Positions 45,301 to 61,151 of a DNA stretch of 64,000 bases are shown here, in pieces. A program made the translations under genes and the position numbers. Below the pieces are notes generated by a model. It had not been told where the DNA came from, searched no databases, and saw only the letters and a list, made by a program, of their open reading frames with translations. The stretch's first letter is position 1. Each line of letters begins with the position of its first letter. Source of the stretch: Chrysomallon squamiferum (Eukaryota; Animalia; Mollusca); NCBI GenBank assembly GCA_012295275.1, contig CM022679.1, forward strand, positions 19,716,001-19,780,000, in the 5' to 3' direction.

Positions 45301-48300
45301 TCCCCTGGGTGACCTCCTGATGCATAAAAAAAGATTCCTTGCTACTGAAAAGAGGTAGCTCTGTTACAATATTAATTTAATGTTAATTCACCTGGTTAAA
45401 TCTGCTAACCAGTGGTTGTCTGGAAGACACAGGAGTGGTGCCATCCATCTTGATGTAGTTATAGTTGTGTTTAATTAGAAATGACTCCAGAATTTCCAGC
45501 ATCTGAAATGAGATACAAAACAAAATAAATAAATAAATATTTTACACCAAAAATAAAAAAGTAAAATCTGCTGATATGCTCACAAAACTATTTTTAGTAC
45601 ATTATTATTAACTAATTAAATTAAAAGAAGTAAACAGTAATTATAATATAACAATAAGTTTTGTTTTATCAATATATGAGTATATTCATTAAACCTGATT
45701 CTACAATTGACTAACCATTCTGCTTTGTGTGAACAACAGAATCCTGTGTCCTTGTTTTTTCCACAGACGTAATAGAGCTTCAACAACAATGAGTTTTCCA
45801 GATCGTCTCCAGTAGCCGTATTCTAAAGTTTCATCACCTTCTGTTGACTGACCCACAAATATGCGTGGGCCACCTGTTGATAAATCTGGATGATTGCATA
45901 TTTTTCTGAGTGTTATTAATCCAGCAAAGACCTGGATGAAATAATTTTAAATATGTTCATTAATATATTGGTAAATCTAGATGACTATACATTTTTCAGA
46001 GCATTATTAATCCTGCAAAGACCTGGATGAAATCATTTAAAATATATCCATTAATATGTATCAAATGTTGCAGAAAAGTATTTTATTCTCTTATTTCATT
46101 TTTTTTAATCAAACAACTGATATACTTGAAATATAACAACTGCAGGCACTAAATGCAAAGTGATGTGTTTATATATTTTTACATGAGGTCAAATGTAGCT
46201 AAGACAAATATCTTAGTGTTTGTCTTAATTATTTAATTTCTAAATTACAAACAATGTCATACAGATAATGTTGAATATCTGTGTAAACAAAAGTTCCAAT
46301 TACAATTTTGTCTTCATTATCATATTTCACTACCTTGTATTTGCCTGCAAGTATGTTCTGACATTCTCTGGAATCTAAGTAATCTTGATACACAGCTTGC
46401 TGTTCCTCAGTCAACCGACAAAACAGCACCTGACGTAGCAAAGAACAACTTTTACAGAGAGACATACTGATAAAACTGATTAATTCTTTCTGACCACACT
46501 ATAATTCAAATCAGTACTGCTTGTGATAATGATGAATTAATGTTTTTTTCATATTTGTAATTATTTATTATTATGGGAAGCAGTATGAAGAAAGAGATAA
46601 ATAACCAAGGTTTGTTAAATTTTAAAATATCATTTAATATAAAGAAGAGAATAAAATAAGTGAATTGGAAATTAAATTTAATTATCTTATTACTATGACA
46701 ATTAGATTAAAATAAAATAAATAACAAAATAAATATACAAATTTTTGTTGTAAGTACCTGTTCACTTTTTGCAGGTAAATTTATATTAGATTGTACATCA
46801 GCTTTCATTCTTCTCAAAAGATATGGATTGATAGTATCTCTCAAAACACAAACACATTTGTAGGATGTTTCCACCTGTTAAATAAAATTATATTTCTCAT
46901 TAAAACAACGAAAGTGTAAGCTATGTTGAATACATTGGTGCTATTTTTCTATAATTTACTGCTTTGGAAACAATAGTTAGTAAAAAATTTGTATCACAAT
47001 TCTATAAAGAAAGGCATAAATAACATATGCTAAATAAATATTTAAAATAAATATTTAAAATAAAAGTATTTATATTGTAAACATTTTACATTTTATTAAA
47101 GAAAGAATAGAAATCTATAATATTAACAGTAAATAAAAATAAATATGACCAAATATTAAAAAGAAACAACTTTATTTTTAATGAAACAAAATACCTGAAT
47201 TTGAGTTGCATTTGCATAGCCACCTTGGACAATAGGAATAGAAAAATGTTCTAGGAAGTCTGGAAGCATTCCAAGTTTACCAGGAAACACAAAATCAAAC
47301 AGTGACCACAGTTCCTTTAGGTTGTTTTGTATGGGTGAGCCAGACAAAATTATTCGATGTGGTGTACGGAACTGAAAATATATATAGAAACTGATTAATC
47401 TTCTTTATTAACTTATTTTAATCCAACATATTTCAAAGAAAAGAGAAAAGAAAGGAAAGAGACAGATTAAGACAATAAAGATTCCATCAATTTCAATAAC
47501 TTCACTAAATATTAATTTTGATAAAGTGATATTTTACTGAACTTAGAAATATATCTCTTTTATTTACTTTAATATTACTTCATGAACTATACACATATAG
47601 AATTATTTAAGGAACACATACATTATTCTGATTTAAACATTTTAACCTTACCTGTTTACATGCCAATGTAACTTGTGCATCAGGATTGCGTATTTTGTGT
47701 CCTTCATCCAACACAACATAATGCCAGTTGTAATGTAACACAGTGTCCTGGTGTAGTACCAGAGTATTGTATGACGTGACAAGAATACCATGTGATTTTA
47801 CTATAGTTCTAACCAGTTCCGACTGCAAACAAAAACACATAAACCATAGATAATGAATTCAATACCAAATATCATATTTAAATCAAAAACTCTAAATTAA
47901 AAATGTGTACATTTTTCTGAAAAAGTATAAAAACAAAATAAACAATAATCAGTTTTTCTGGCTAATGGTTATGAAAGATGAGTCAGGTCAACCTGTACAT
48001 TTCATTTGAAACTTATCATAGAAATATTACTCTTTTATTAGCTATTTTATAACTTTAATTGATGGATTACATAACAGTTTGAACAATGCAAAATCTATGA
48101 AAGTATGAAAATAATTAAACTGCATGTTGGTGTCTTAAGGAGCAGTCTACAATATTAGAAAGGATACCATCTGTTACCAGTGTTATTCATATTGATCACA
48201 CACATGAGTACTTTCACACTCATTTTCCCTGGATTAACACAAACAAGCAACACAGTAATCCATAGACTGTACCTTGATTGTCTACAGTAAACCCAACTTT

Positions 48301-51300
48301 AACACACTTGTGACAGGATGTTATATCAATTTGTTTTTTTTCTTTTCAGTCTTATGTAGAATTATAAGCAGAAAGATTCGTAATTATTCTTAAAGAAACA
48401 ATTATATCTCATTCAAATCACATTCAGATTTGCTGGAGATGGCTTCAAAATTATCTATAATGAATTTTTTAAAAAGAATGGAAGAAATCTTCATTAAACT
48501 TCAAACAAACCTTATCCATTAATGGGAAGAATAATTTTTAAAAACTTACCACTTTGCCAGTGTGTGAGCCAGATGAATGAAGAATAGCAACACGGAAAGG
48601 TGGCCACCATTTATGAAACTCCCGCACCCACTGATGCATGACTGTAGTAGGACACACAATAATACATGGACCAAGACCCGTGTAACTGAAAAAAGTATTT
48701 TTTTAAATGTCACCAAAAAGTAATAACCAGTTGGTGAAAATTAACAGAAAATATTACACAAAGCATTAATTTACAAAACTAAAAAACAAAAAAATATAGT
48801 AACACAAACTTAATTTAGGTATAACTATTGTTTGTAATTCTTCTGTTTGGTTCGGTGCAGTTTAACAGAATTTTGAGCTGACAAACTAATATTCCAAACT
48901 AAGTTATTTATTAATACTTTCAGAAATACTAGTATTTTATATCATCCAAGATTCCGTATGTTCAAAATGTACATTTTCTTCGTGTAACAACAGCAGACTC
49001 ACGGCAAACTTTTGGACTGCAGTTTACTGCACTTGAGAGCAGCAAAGAAAACAATCATCTGAATGGTTTTACCAAGTCCCATCTCATCTCCAACAATTCC
49101 TCCCGACTCTTGACAATGTAGTTCCCATAACCAACGCACTCCTGTTTTCTGGTATCTGTAGAAGTATTTAGTACATAATCATGTTAAAACATTTATATAA
49201 ATCATGTGTTGTGATCTCTCTGTAAGAGATAGACAGTGTAAACTGGAAATTCCTACTGAATATCAATAAAACAAAAGGCATTTATTCTTGTGAGAAAGAA
49301 AACATTTAAGAACTTGCTTGTAATACTATTTACTCTCTATAATGTAATCATGTACATTTGCACATTATTTCTAAATCTTTATTTAAACAACTTAAAACTA
49401 TTATTTCAAATATAATTTTAAGTATCAGAACAAATTCATCAAAAACTCTCAATAAGAAGTTCAATGTAACTGAATGGGGCTATTTAATAAATATAAATGA
49501 GCAAAACAATAAATCTTCTAAAAATTTTAATCTACAAGTTCTTTATTTTCTTTTCATGTAATCATTTATGTTAAGAAATGTGTTTTTGTATTTTATGTAT
49601 ACTTTATAAGTAATAATTTTCAGTAATAATATTGTAATAATTACTTTCTTTATTTGTATCTTACTTGTACAAGTTATTCCATATTACACCCGGAACTTTG
49701 AGGCCACCTTCAAAATGTTCATCTTCCACATCAGAATCAAAACAATCCTGCTCCTTTCTTCGTATTAAAATATAAATAAAACTATCGATCAGAAACAAGT
49801 TAAATGTTGATCAGATAAGATGAAATGCATTATAAATCAGGAATCATTAATTATTAAATTCAACAATATTTGCTATATGCATCCATATTATTTTTTAAAC
49901 ATTAGGAAAAAGAATATGCACAGATTATATCTATACTGTAATATTTATAAATTTAATTTCATTTTATCACACAACATACATGACAGCAAGCTTTATACTG
50001 ATATACCTACTTCAAACGTTTCCTGTAAAATCGCTCATCACCATCATCTTTTGCCTTCTTTGGACCTAAATTATTCTTTTTTCTTTTTTTGTAACTTGGA
50101 ACATAATCATCATCTGTGTATGGAGGTGGCTCCCTCTTCTTTTTCACAACACATTTATCTAAATTATAATATCAGTGCTATACAAATGGATGGTAGAAGT
50201 ATTTTAATAGATCATGTGAGTGAACTGTAGTTAAATCCCAATTAATACAAATAATATCGCTTTTGTTTTTCTGCAGGATATACACACACACACACATAAA
50301 AAAATAAATACACACAAGGAATAAATTGTATTTTTATTTTATTAGCCACTTCTGAAAAGTGATGAAATGGTTTAGCTACTTTCAACTTTGGAATTAAATT
50401 CCTATTGTGATTAACTTCTTTTGTATTAGTCTTTAATTAAACTCAAAATTATACAAATATATTTATATATAATATCTACTTACCTACATCTTCATAAGAA
50501 TCATAATCATTCTCTGGTTTGAAATGGTGTGGAATGTGTTTTTCATTGTCAGAAGTTACATCTTCACTTAATTTACCATTTTCTGTAGAATTAAGTCTGT
50601 GTTTCAAATTATCCTGTTTTTGTTCATTATCCCTTTCCCATGAATGCAACTTTATATCGTCTATATCTATAAGATTTGTTTGGTGGGGTTTTTTGTTTGA
50701 ATAAATGTTGTCTTCTGCTTCTAAAGATCTTCTTCTAAAGCCTGATTTTGATATATTATTTTCAGGTAAGTGATTAGTTAATGTTTGAGGTTTTTTAACA
50801 CATTTTTTTTTCACTGCAGACAATAACAAATCTTTTTCAGACAAGAATTTGTCAAAATCTGATGTCTCTGGTGTGGCTAACTGGATCTGTTTTTTCTGTA
50901 CTGGGGTTGTTTCATTCTCCTTTGTTTTTATTACTGTACCAAATGGTGTCATTTCTCCAAGTCGTATCAGTCGATCCTTCTCCAGTTCCTTCTCAGACTC
51001 TTCATTCGGCTTAAAAAGAAGACTGGCAATGTGGTCTGTGTTATCTCTGTCTGAAATAAAAACGAAAAATAAAATTATAAATTTAAAAGAAAAAATTCAC
51101 AAAACTATTTATGAAATTATTTCAAGATTTAAAAGTCTGTAAAGATGTTATGCATGTGTGTATATGTGTGTTTATATATATATAAAAGGAAAATAAATGC
51201 CTGAACCTTCTTTATCATCTGTCCTAGAGTCATCACTGAGTACGGCATGGAGCTTGGTCTGAAGAAATCTGCAACGAGCTTTCAACTTCTTTAGTTGTTT

Positions 51301-52651
51301 TTGCTGAAAATAAAATTTGAATGCAGACCAAAAATATGTGATGAAACTAAAGTGCACTTATACAGAATAAAACTAAAACAAGACAAGAAAATTAATGATT
51401 TACTTGATGCTAAGTGTAAACAATTCATGGTGAAACAGTATCATAAAGAATTATTGAAATTAGTATATGTATTAATTTTTTTTTTTTTTATAGTAGATCC
51501 AATGAATTATTTCACCAGAGTGATACCAAATCTTTAACTATTTAACAGTAGTGCAAAAATTTTCAAATTGATTAAATTTCAGATTCTTTCTACATTCAAA
51601 TGATCTAAAAACAGCTTAACTAAACTTTTCTATGCACAGATAGTGTGTGTGTGCATGTGATACCTTGTTATCTTTCTGTCGCCAAACAGCACTGTATGTC
51701 TTCTCACCAACATTTGATGCATTATCTTCAAATGATTCCAGCAGTTTGTTAATGTGAACAAACTCTTTTCTTGCAGCACTAAAATTAACCACCAGCTGGT
51801 TTTTAATCCACACATGTCAAAATTACAAAATGGCTACATTCCACTCATGTTTATGTTTAACAACACTAACAAAAATGTATGCATATTTAAAAAAAAAAAA
51901 ATCTTTAAGAAAACTTGAAGCTTTTTGGAAATGTTTGAAGTACAGACATATAAATAAATACATAATATTATTCACCTGTAATATTCATTAACAGATTTCA
52001 ACTCTTTCTGCAATATTTTCACTAGTCTATTTTGTTCTTCAATAGCCAGTGCTTTGTCAACTTGACTTATAACACCTAAAATAAATAATAATTATTATGT
52101 TAAAGATATCAACACTTTCAATATTTTTTTAACAATATCTTATTATCAAATCTTACAGCAAGAATTTTTTTTTTAATTATTTATATAAAAATAAAATGCC
52201 TTAAAACAAAATAACAAGATAATAACTGTTGTAATGTAAGACAGACAAGATACCACAACATTCAACATGACATATGAAACTGAATGTTATATAATAACAC
52301 AAAAATAAAAACAAATAAATAACCAGAACTGCCAATAATAAAAAATAAAATAAAATGATATACTTAATACCAAAAATGGTTACGATTTTCCATAAATAGG
52401 ATATATTTCAGTCTAACATACATACCCTGCTCAAATTCATTTTGATTGAAAACATCAAGTCCCAAATGTTTTAATTCTGCAGATGCCTGTTCTTCCAGTG
52501 ATGCTTGTGGAATCATTCCAGTATCAACATGAAAAGGTACCATCTCTGAAGTTGATGCCTGAACTGGTTCTGAAACCATAGTTACCATGTCTTTATTACC
52601 ACCACTTTCAGTGTTAGACAACTCCTTTTTATCTGGATTACCTGTATCCAT
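42325..52651 (-). CDS. ERCC6: DNA excision repair protein ERCC-6 / CSB (SNF2 ATPase); 21 coding exons: 52426-52651, 51976-52075, 51664-51778, 51207-51303, 50484-51050, 50011-50158, 49665-49757, 49003-49155, 48550-48685, 47652-47822, 47196-47371, 46758-46874, 46334-46429, 45716-45931, 45392-45502, 44837-45051, 44039-44562, 43646-43777, 43233-43422, 42922-42991, 42325-42714
   Basis: [76 protein letters not shown]...[14 protein letters not shown]-interaction-like [13 protein letters not shown] and the C-terminal winged-helix GQATTQELL...WRLKFEF. Confidence 0.96.
45870..46056 (-). repeat. 91-bp tandem duplication spanning an ERCC6 acceptor and exon start
   Basis: ttattaatcc(a/t)gcaaagacctggatgaaat occurs twice with an offset of 91. 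Confidence 0.9.
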
Positions 52652-52823
52652 CCTCTAATATTTGTGAATTAGACTGAAAGAAAAGAGCAGCAGAATAATA
52701 ACAATATTAAGTGAATCATTATTAAAACAGAAATTTTACAAATATATTTTTGTTATTGGTAGATATATGTCAGTACACATTTATAATATGTGCTAAAATT
52801 AGTGCTAAAATTACAAAAGAGCA

Positions 52824-52875
<52 letters not shown>

Positions 52876-53532
52876 TAATAAATATATAAATAAATAAATA
52901 GAGACATTATCTTTTTTATTTTATTATTCTTATTATTTAACTTTAAAAAAAAAAAAAAAATTTTTATTTTATTATTACTTTTTTTATTATATATATTTCT
53001 TTTATTGAAAAAAATTTGTTGGTATATTTCGGCTATTAGCACGAAATTAAATATTTTGATTGATAATTCCCAACTGTTTAACTTTTGTTGATAAATATTT
53101 ATAACATTAGATATAAATATTTAGAACACTTCTGATTTAGTAATTTACTAATTACTGGCGTGAGTAACTGAATTTCCGTGTCCAGGTATATCACTATGCG
53201 ACTATGTGTATCTGACATATACAGATAATAATAACAACAACAATGATACTCAAAAGTGACAAGAAATCAAATTAAAATGTCAAATGACTTGAAATATCAA
53301 CATCAAGTATTGAACAGCATTTTTATCTCAATTTCAATTTGACAATTCGAATAATTTCATAAAGAAAATCTCTTCACAAATGAAAAAATAAAAAAGATTT
53401 AAAGGGAAAAGTAAAAACAATTTAAAATAATAATAATCAAAGAACTCCGACACTGAAAAATATTCTTTGTATAATAATTTATTAAAATCGTACGAAAAGT
53501 GATTGAAATTAAACAAATCTTTCACATCATAC

Positions 53533-53640
53533 TTGCAATGTTACAAGTATATCGCCATTCGTTTTCTTCTTTTTGTATTTTCAGCCTAACAACGAAAGCC
53601 TCTACACCGAGCTGAGTCTTCTTCTGTAAACCGATCATTA
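53533..53640 (-). other. Probable non-coding first exon / promoter of ERCC6
   Basis: Acceptor-like TTTCAG just upstream of the ATG exon (about 52674) and a donor-like GTATGA at 53532 beside a CpG-containing patch. 5' end is approximate. Confidence 0.4.
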
Positions 53641-56600
53641 TATAAATAAGAAGGATAAAATATTAATAAGGAAAATAAAAACCAAGCAACAAATATAGCG
53701 AGAAAAAAAATTATATATATATATATCATGGCCATCAATATTTATTTTTGCAGGTACTCAAAAACCTGTCTGCCACTGCTTAAGTCTGAACTGAATAAAT
53801 TAATGTCTATTTAAGGAGATTTCAGTGTTGTGTCACATTGAAGGAATAAACAAATATTTATTTAGTACATTTTAGATATTAACGCTTATAAAGTATGATA
53901 TAGTTATTCATAGGCAGAGAGAGCTAAACAGATTATAATGGCAAACCATAGTTTATTCTTGTTCAAATTGTAATGGAAAATAGTCATAATGAGGAGAGCT
54001 TATTCAATGTCTTTTGTGTCTGAGCTCTTTGATGGCAGACTTTTTTTTCTTCTCTTTTTGTTTTTCCTATGGTTATTTAGTTAATTAATATAATTATTTA
54101 TCTTCTTGAATTATTACTTTTGTTATTGTTGTTGCAATATTATCTACTGTTGTAATATAATAATTTTTGTTAATAAAGTACCATCCGCATTAAAGTAGTG
54201 GAATAATTGGACGTAATAATAATTGTTTTTAATTAGCATTTTATTTATTGTTATTGTGGAAATAAAATAAGATAACAAATTAAATAAATAAATTAACAGA
54301 AAATATCAGTAAGAGCTAACTGACCGACGTCAGTGGACTGACTGCATCGACAAATTATTATATAAATATATTTTTAAATACTTATTAAAGTCTCATAAAA
54401 TTTCGGAAACACACTGGGCACTAGCTGCAACCAAAAATAGCCCTGTGAGACCACGGGGAGCAAAATACCTCCCTTTTTGAACCAGCACAAAGCAATATTT
54501 TTCAAACAGATCAATTTCATTCTGCTTAATTTCTTCTTTAAATTTATTAACTGTACTAAATGTTTCGTTATTATAGCTGAATATAAATAAAATATATATA
54601 ATCAGTTTCAGATATCTTTTGGATGAAGATTGTTGCTGTTTTAAACTTCTGTCAACATCACTACAGTAACTGAAATAACTGAAATGCATGTATTTAAATT
54701 ACGTAAAAACGCATTAACCCCACAACGTCTCTGAAATAATAAATTTAGATTTGTAATATTATGCAATGAATTAAGAGTCTAGCGGTTTAGTATTCTGACA
54801 AGCTATTAACATAATATATCGACAAGTCTGCGGGGTTACAGCAGCCAGGCCTTTCATTATCTCAGTAAATAGTTGAACGGTCGTGGGACTGACAAGGCCA
54901 GTAGTTAAAGTATCTTTCGTCAACGTCAAGTCCTTCAGGCAAGACGTACACATCTTTCTGACAGGTAAGAAGCCGACATATTGTTTCAAACTACTTCTCT
55001 GATGAATACTGCATGAAATAAAATGTTCAGACAGTAATATTCATAGATGTAGGTTTATGGATTACGAGTCTGTTATTTTAAACATTTAAAGAAAGTAGGG
55101 TAAGTAAATAAAATAACATCAGATATATTTAGTAACAGTGAAATATTTATTATGTTATTTTTATTATTATTATTTTCTATTTCTGTTATAAGCAATGGAA
55201 ATAAAAAAAATTTCAGTGAAATTAAGAAAAGATTTTCAAAAATGTAAAACATTATAATTTCAGATTTTATAACATTGAAATATATATATATATATATATA
55301 TATTAATTTCATTTACTTTATAAGTAAAATTTTAAATAAATATATTATTTCTACTTAAAAGAAGAAACATATGGAATAAATTATTTCAGCGAATTTAGAA
55401 ATAAATAGTTAAGCTAGCTTTATCTTTTGCGACCATATGCTAGTTAGCTTAAAAAATAAAAAAAAAAAAAAAAAAAAAATGTACAGTGAATATGACGAAG
55501 GAAAATAGTTTGAAAAATGTATTAAATAAACCTTAATTAAATTAATAAATAATAAGTGCGGAATCTACAACCACTGATGGCCATTATAGCTAATAGTGAT
55601 TTTAGAACGGTTGTGTTTCATTACGTAGCATTAATTTTAAATACATTTTTACAATTATAGAGTTTTAAATTATAAAAGTAACAGAAAATGCAGTTTAAAT
55701 TAGTCTTAGTAAACATAAGAAAATTTTAAAATTATTTATACATTTTTTTTTTAATTTTCCTCCTTTTTTGATATTATTTTATTTCTTATGGTCAAAGGTA
55801 TATAATATTGTTTTGCCTTCCTATAATGTGATTTTATTACTGTAAAACTTCCTTTTAATGATTAACATTTACTTGAACAGATTTTAATATAATTATAGAA
55901 TACTCATATTTTGATTTCTGAAATTTTAGCAATGAAATAATTTTGTAAAACCCTACGTGTGTGATTTGTTTATTCATTTTTTTTATTATTTTTTTAATAA
56001 TTTCTAATACTTTTAAAATTTCTTTCACATTTTTTCCCCGTTCATTTATTTATTAATTTTATCGTAAGGCTGTATTAAATATATAAGATAGGAAAAATTG
56101 TCGAAATATAATTGGATATATTTTAAAGATGCATTTATGCATATATATTTTATATGACTGCGTGCATAAAATTTTATATCAAAGCGCTTTCTTTTCTGTT
56201 TCCTTTTTCACACTTTCTATATAATATTTTTTTTCTTTAACAAAGCAATACATTTTCTTTTAATCAAGTGACATGAGTTTTATCACAAAGTAGTTTTAAA
56301 GTTAAGTGAACATAATGACACTCCTTATCTAAACAGTCCTGACCATCTGCGGGAAATCACACTGATAAATGAACTTAACATTGTAACATACATATGTTTT
56401 CATTATTACTACTACCGGCACCTACAACTCCCGTTACTGCTACTGATAATAATACTAATTCAACTACTACTACCACTATTACTGTTACTATTATTACAAA
56501 TACTATATTTAACTATATTTTTTCAATCAAAAACATTTCCTTTATTCGTATATTCTCAGATAAATAAATAAATAAGTTTATTCGCTGACCTGAGATTTTC

Positions 56601-56760
56601 ATTCATTGTTACAATTACACTGACGCAAATGAAAATGTAGTCAGAAACTTGTTAATTTAATGGTGTTGTTTTAGAAATTCAGTTTTACTGATACATATTC
56701 TTTAAATATGATCGTCCAAAAAAATAAATAAATAAATAAATAAATGAATAAATAACAATA

Positions 56761-56811
<51 letters not shown>

Positions 56812-58376
56812 TATAATAATAATAATTAATAAATAAATAACAATAACTAAATAATTTATTTTTTTTATTTTATGAAATTTAAAAAAAAAAAAGTCCAAAT
56901 CTGAGCACAATCGTATAAGTATTTTACAAAAATTAATATTTAACAAATTTTAAAATATTGATTATAAAATAATTTGAAAAGAAAAGAATCAATATAATTC
57001 AGTTTTGAATCTGTATCAACTACTTATATGGGTCAATTCGACTCAAATGCCTACGCCAGTACAGTTTATTCGCTAAAGCAAACGTGCTACATCTTTTAAA
57101 TCAATTTTCCATTGAAAGTTTCTATTGATCTACAATACCTTGCTTTTGTTCTTTTTTGCCAGGTGGCGGATGACATTAATCTATATGCAATACGATACAG
57201 GCAAGCACAAAAAGAATATAGTGATATAAATAACAACAAAGTGATATCCCATTTTTTAAACATGCACTGTAATGAACGTAGGTTACACTATTAATTACAA
57301 TGGGCGCCAAAGACAATTCTCAAGTCACTGGACCGGAAAAGGCAACAAACTTCCAGAAGTCGCCCGATGTTTCTACTGACAGTACCAGTTCTAGAGGAAA
57401 TATCGTCGTTGTTGTTGATGGTAAGTTAACTTATTGTAACTGGTTTCACTTCATATATGTGTTTGTGTTGTCTGTGTGTGAGTGTGTGTGCGCGTGTGCT
57501 ATTTTCCAAATGTTGCTAACAATAAAGAAAGAAAAATTTGTAGGGGTTGTTAGCTATTTCTTTTTCGTTTTTCTTTCTTTCTTTCTTTTTTTAATGACGT
57601 AGTTTCAAATATTCAGAATGAATAGTTTAATCAAAAATATTTAAACAAAATCATGATAAACTGAGTAAATGATTGAAGCTCTGACTTTTTCTATGACTAT
57701 ATATATTGAACGAAATGACGTACCGATAAAATTAGCTGACTGTGTCCTCTTTCAAGCATTCTGAAGAGTTTGTTATCTCGTTGTCATATTTTAATACAAG
57801 CAAAAAGTGTTCGCTGGAAACAAATAAATAATAAACTGGAAATTTTGATTAGGCTATTTCTTTTTCTTTCCATAGGTGAATTTTTGGATATTTCTTGCTC
57901 CTTTCAATGGTTTATCATTCACTGACTGTATAGTACAGCGTAGTCAACAATGCGTTGCAGCAGTTTAGCTTGAAATAAAATATCTACCTTTAATATTAAA
58001 TTGTGTTTAATGACTGAACACATTTATTTTCCTCCGGTTATATTTAATTATATTGTTAATCTTTAGAAAATCGGTATTATCCGAGAATCTAAATCATCGT
58101 TTAACTTAAAGTTCTACGTTTCATTGCAATGCTTACTGTATGACACTGAAAGTTATACAGGGAACCATGGACGCGACGTCTTCTTTCACATATTCAGCTG
58201 AGTAAGTCGTTGCTTTTCTTTTCAAATGACTGAAAATATTCAGCCGCTGTCGTCCAGTTTTGCATGAAGTGCACTGTGTCCTTGTGTGTACATACAAACA
58301 CTAAGAACACTCACTTATCTTGTTGGAACCTTCATTTTTCTCATTCTTCTTATTACAAGTGATCTACTTGCTTTCC

Positions 58377-58422
<46 letters not shown>

Positions 58423-58639
58423 GTATAATTTATTTATTTATTTATTCATTTATTCATTCGTTCATTCATTTACATCCATTTGTATGCACACACATACATC
58501 CACCCACCCACACACCACGGTGTATTTCTAAATATATAATTTGCTTATTATTATTATAATTATCTTTCTTTCTTTTATATATATATTTTTTAATTGTGAT
58601 ATATATGTATTTTGTTTTCTTTACATTGACCATCACATT

Positions 58640-59230
58640 TAGATAACTTCAGTATCTTCGAATTCCGGAACCTCTTCAACATTTTGTTTTTCTTTACTTT
58701 CTCATTTGTTTTCCTGCGAATCTTCCATGCTTCCAGCAGATTTATTATTTAGGTTTATCCCAAAGTTCTGTTGGTTAAATCGCTCACTGTAATCAAGTGT
58801 CCGGATATTCAAAAATGTATTTTCAACAATTCCTTTATACTGAAAGGGTAACTCTACAAGTTTTTGAAATTATTTTTGACATTAAGTATTTCCAGGCTTC
58901 CAGTTCCTTTCTCCTGTGACAAATCCTTGATGATGATATAAATTCCAAAGCATTGATTCTTCAGAACACTTTTTGTTAACAAATAAAAAACAAAAATAAA
59001 GAACCATTTCACATAATTTTTTCTGTTAAGGTTCCAGTTACGTTTTCCAGTCTGCTGTGTGCTTTAGCTAATTGTTTCCCAGGCAGTCCATAACTGGAAG
59101 TATCTGACCCGTGCTACGTAGTTAAGCTCTGAACTGATTTCTTCCAACCAACTCTCCTTCATCTGTTTCAGAAGTCATTTGTCCATAATGTCATTGAAAT
59201 CAAGGAATATACACTGTGTTAAATGTTTTT
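58640..59230 (-). mobile_element. Possible decayed non-LTR retrotransposon fragment
   Basis: Stop-riddled, coding-like composition on the minus strand with faint resemblance to the pre-RT region of non-LTR elements; family not assignable. Confidence 0.3.
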
Positions 59231-60611
59231 GTCTGACCTTACATACACAGTGTAATTTATTAGATTAGGAACAGCATGTATTTTTGATTGTTATTACTAG
59301 TTAAATTTGTTAAATACGTTCTCTGATATTTGGACGAATTCAGAAAAGTATGTATTTTATATTTTCATTTTAATGTCCAGATTTAAAAATAAATAAATAA
59401 ATAAATACATAAATAAATAAAAATGAACGATAATAAACCATACATTAAATATATAAATAAATGTTTATCATCCATATTGTGTGAAGATAGTTTGAATGAT
59501 TGATATTGGATTTTTTTTTTAAAGGCACCTAAGTGTTCGTCAGTGTTTTATATTCGATGTCGATAATATCACGGAAGAACAGTCATAACAAATTTTAGCA
59601 GCCATTCGAAAAACGTATGCATATACTATATCGATTTTTTAAATGTCTATACATAAAATTAGATTTTATTTAAGGTCCAGTATTATTTAAAAATTTACAC
59701 ACATGTAAAACACATCACTTTTTTCTTTCTTATTTGTGTTTTTCAGTTACTTCAACTCATTTAAACAAAATGAATATAATCACAGTTCTCATTAGATAAA
59801 TGTGTTGAACATGATAATTATGAATTGTTTATAAACATCTGTTAACATATGCAATTCATATACACAGTATGTTTATGTATGACACAGAAGACTCCGATCA
59901 TTTATGTTAATACAAATTAAAAAGTTCCCGAAAAAAAGTTTAAATTGTTCTCTGTGAAAATTCGATTTTTCCGTTTGAATTACAAGTCGGGCCTTTCCTC
60001 TGTTACGTACTATTATTAACCGTGTATGAAATACGAAGAGTTCTTCAGTACAGCGAATTCATAACAAACACTGACCGCGTTTTTCTTTTTCATTTTGACA
60101 AACTGCGTGTTATTTTACCTCGACAGAATAACGGGTTTAAAGATAATTCTATTTATTACCTTTTTATTTTGTTATCATTAATAATACATATACAGAAATA
60201 CAGGCTGATAGTTATTATTATTAAAATACTGTTGTTAACAGATAACAGGATTTTATTGAAAAAAGCCTATCCTTGTAAGAGGTTATATCCTCTCAATTAA
60301 TTACCTTTATATAATGTAATAAAATGGCAGAGACCAAAATCGCAATACAAATGTATTCATTAACTGTTTGATCCAAATAATTTAACAGCATCCATATCGT
60401 CACACCTGTATTCATTTAAGCTATGGAACATAAAAAAAAGAAGAAAATTCGAATTCAGATGTTCTAGATTAATTACCCCAGTTAAAATTAATGTAGATCA
60501 ACGTTAGTCATGCAATATTATATAACTATATATTAGCACATTCTCTCTTTCTCTGTATGTATATATAGATGTATGTATATATATCTACAGAAGTCTGTTT
60601 ATGTAACTGTG

Positions 60612-60644
<33 letters not shown>

Positions 60645-61089
60645 GTGTGTGTGTGTAATTACGCATTTAAAACATTTCAAACAATACTTTTTTTTAACCT
60701 TTGTTAAATAGATCTCAATTTTTTAGGTGAAAAAAACAAGCCGTAGGTGGTGAGTTGAATAGTTTACAAGCAATGTGTTGCACAGAGCCATCTGTCGACA
60801 AATAAGTATGTCATTGAAACTTAGCTGCACACAAAATCATTACAGAGTTTGACTATCTCGGACTGCTGTGTTGGATTAGCAGTTTATAACGTAGGCTGGT
60901 CGATTTTTGTTACTTGTACTCAGTATTTCAGTCGTTTTAGATTCATGATCGATGGTAAGCAAAATGAACTGTTACTTAAATATAGATATAAACACTGAGA
61001 GATAGAGAGATAGGTAAAGAGATAGACAGACAAATTTAAATCTTATTATTTTTTGCTTTATTATTAATTAATATATAATGATTATAATA

Positions 61090-61120
61090 AATAAATAAAT
61101 AAATAAATATATAATAGTAA

Positions 61121-61151
<31 letters not shown>

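Noticed and set aside
51199-51207. Second GC donor in ERCC6 (TCAG|GCATTT)
   Set aside because: An in-phase GT donor exists 6 nt upstream and the GC context is poor; undecidable without reads.
42325-52651. PGBD3-like piggyBac transposase inside ERCC6 (as in primate CSB-PGBD3)
   Set aside because: All ERCC6 introns are under about 0.9 kb with no transposase ORF; the only piggyBac-like element is a non-coding MITE in SUZ12.
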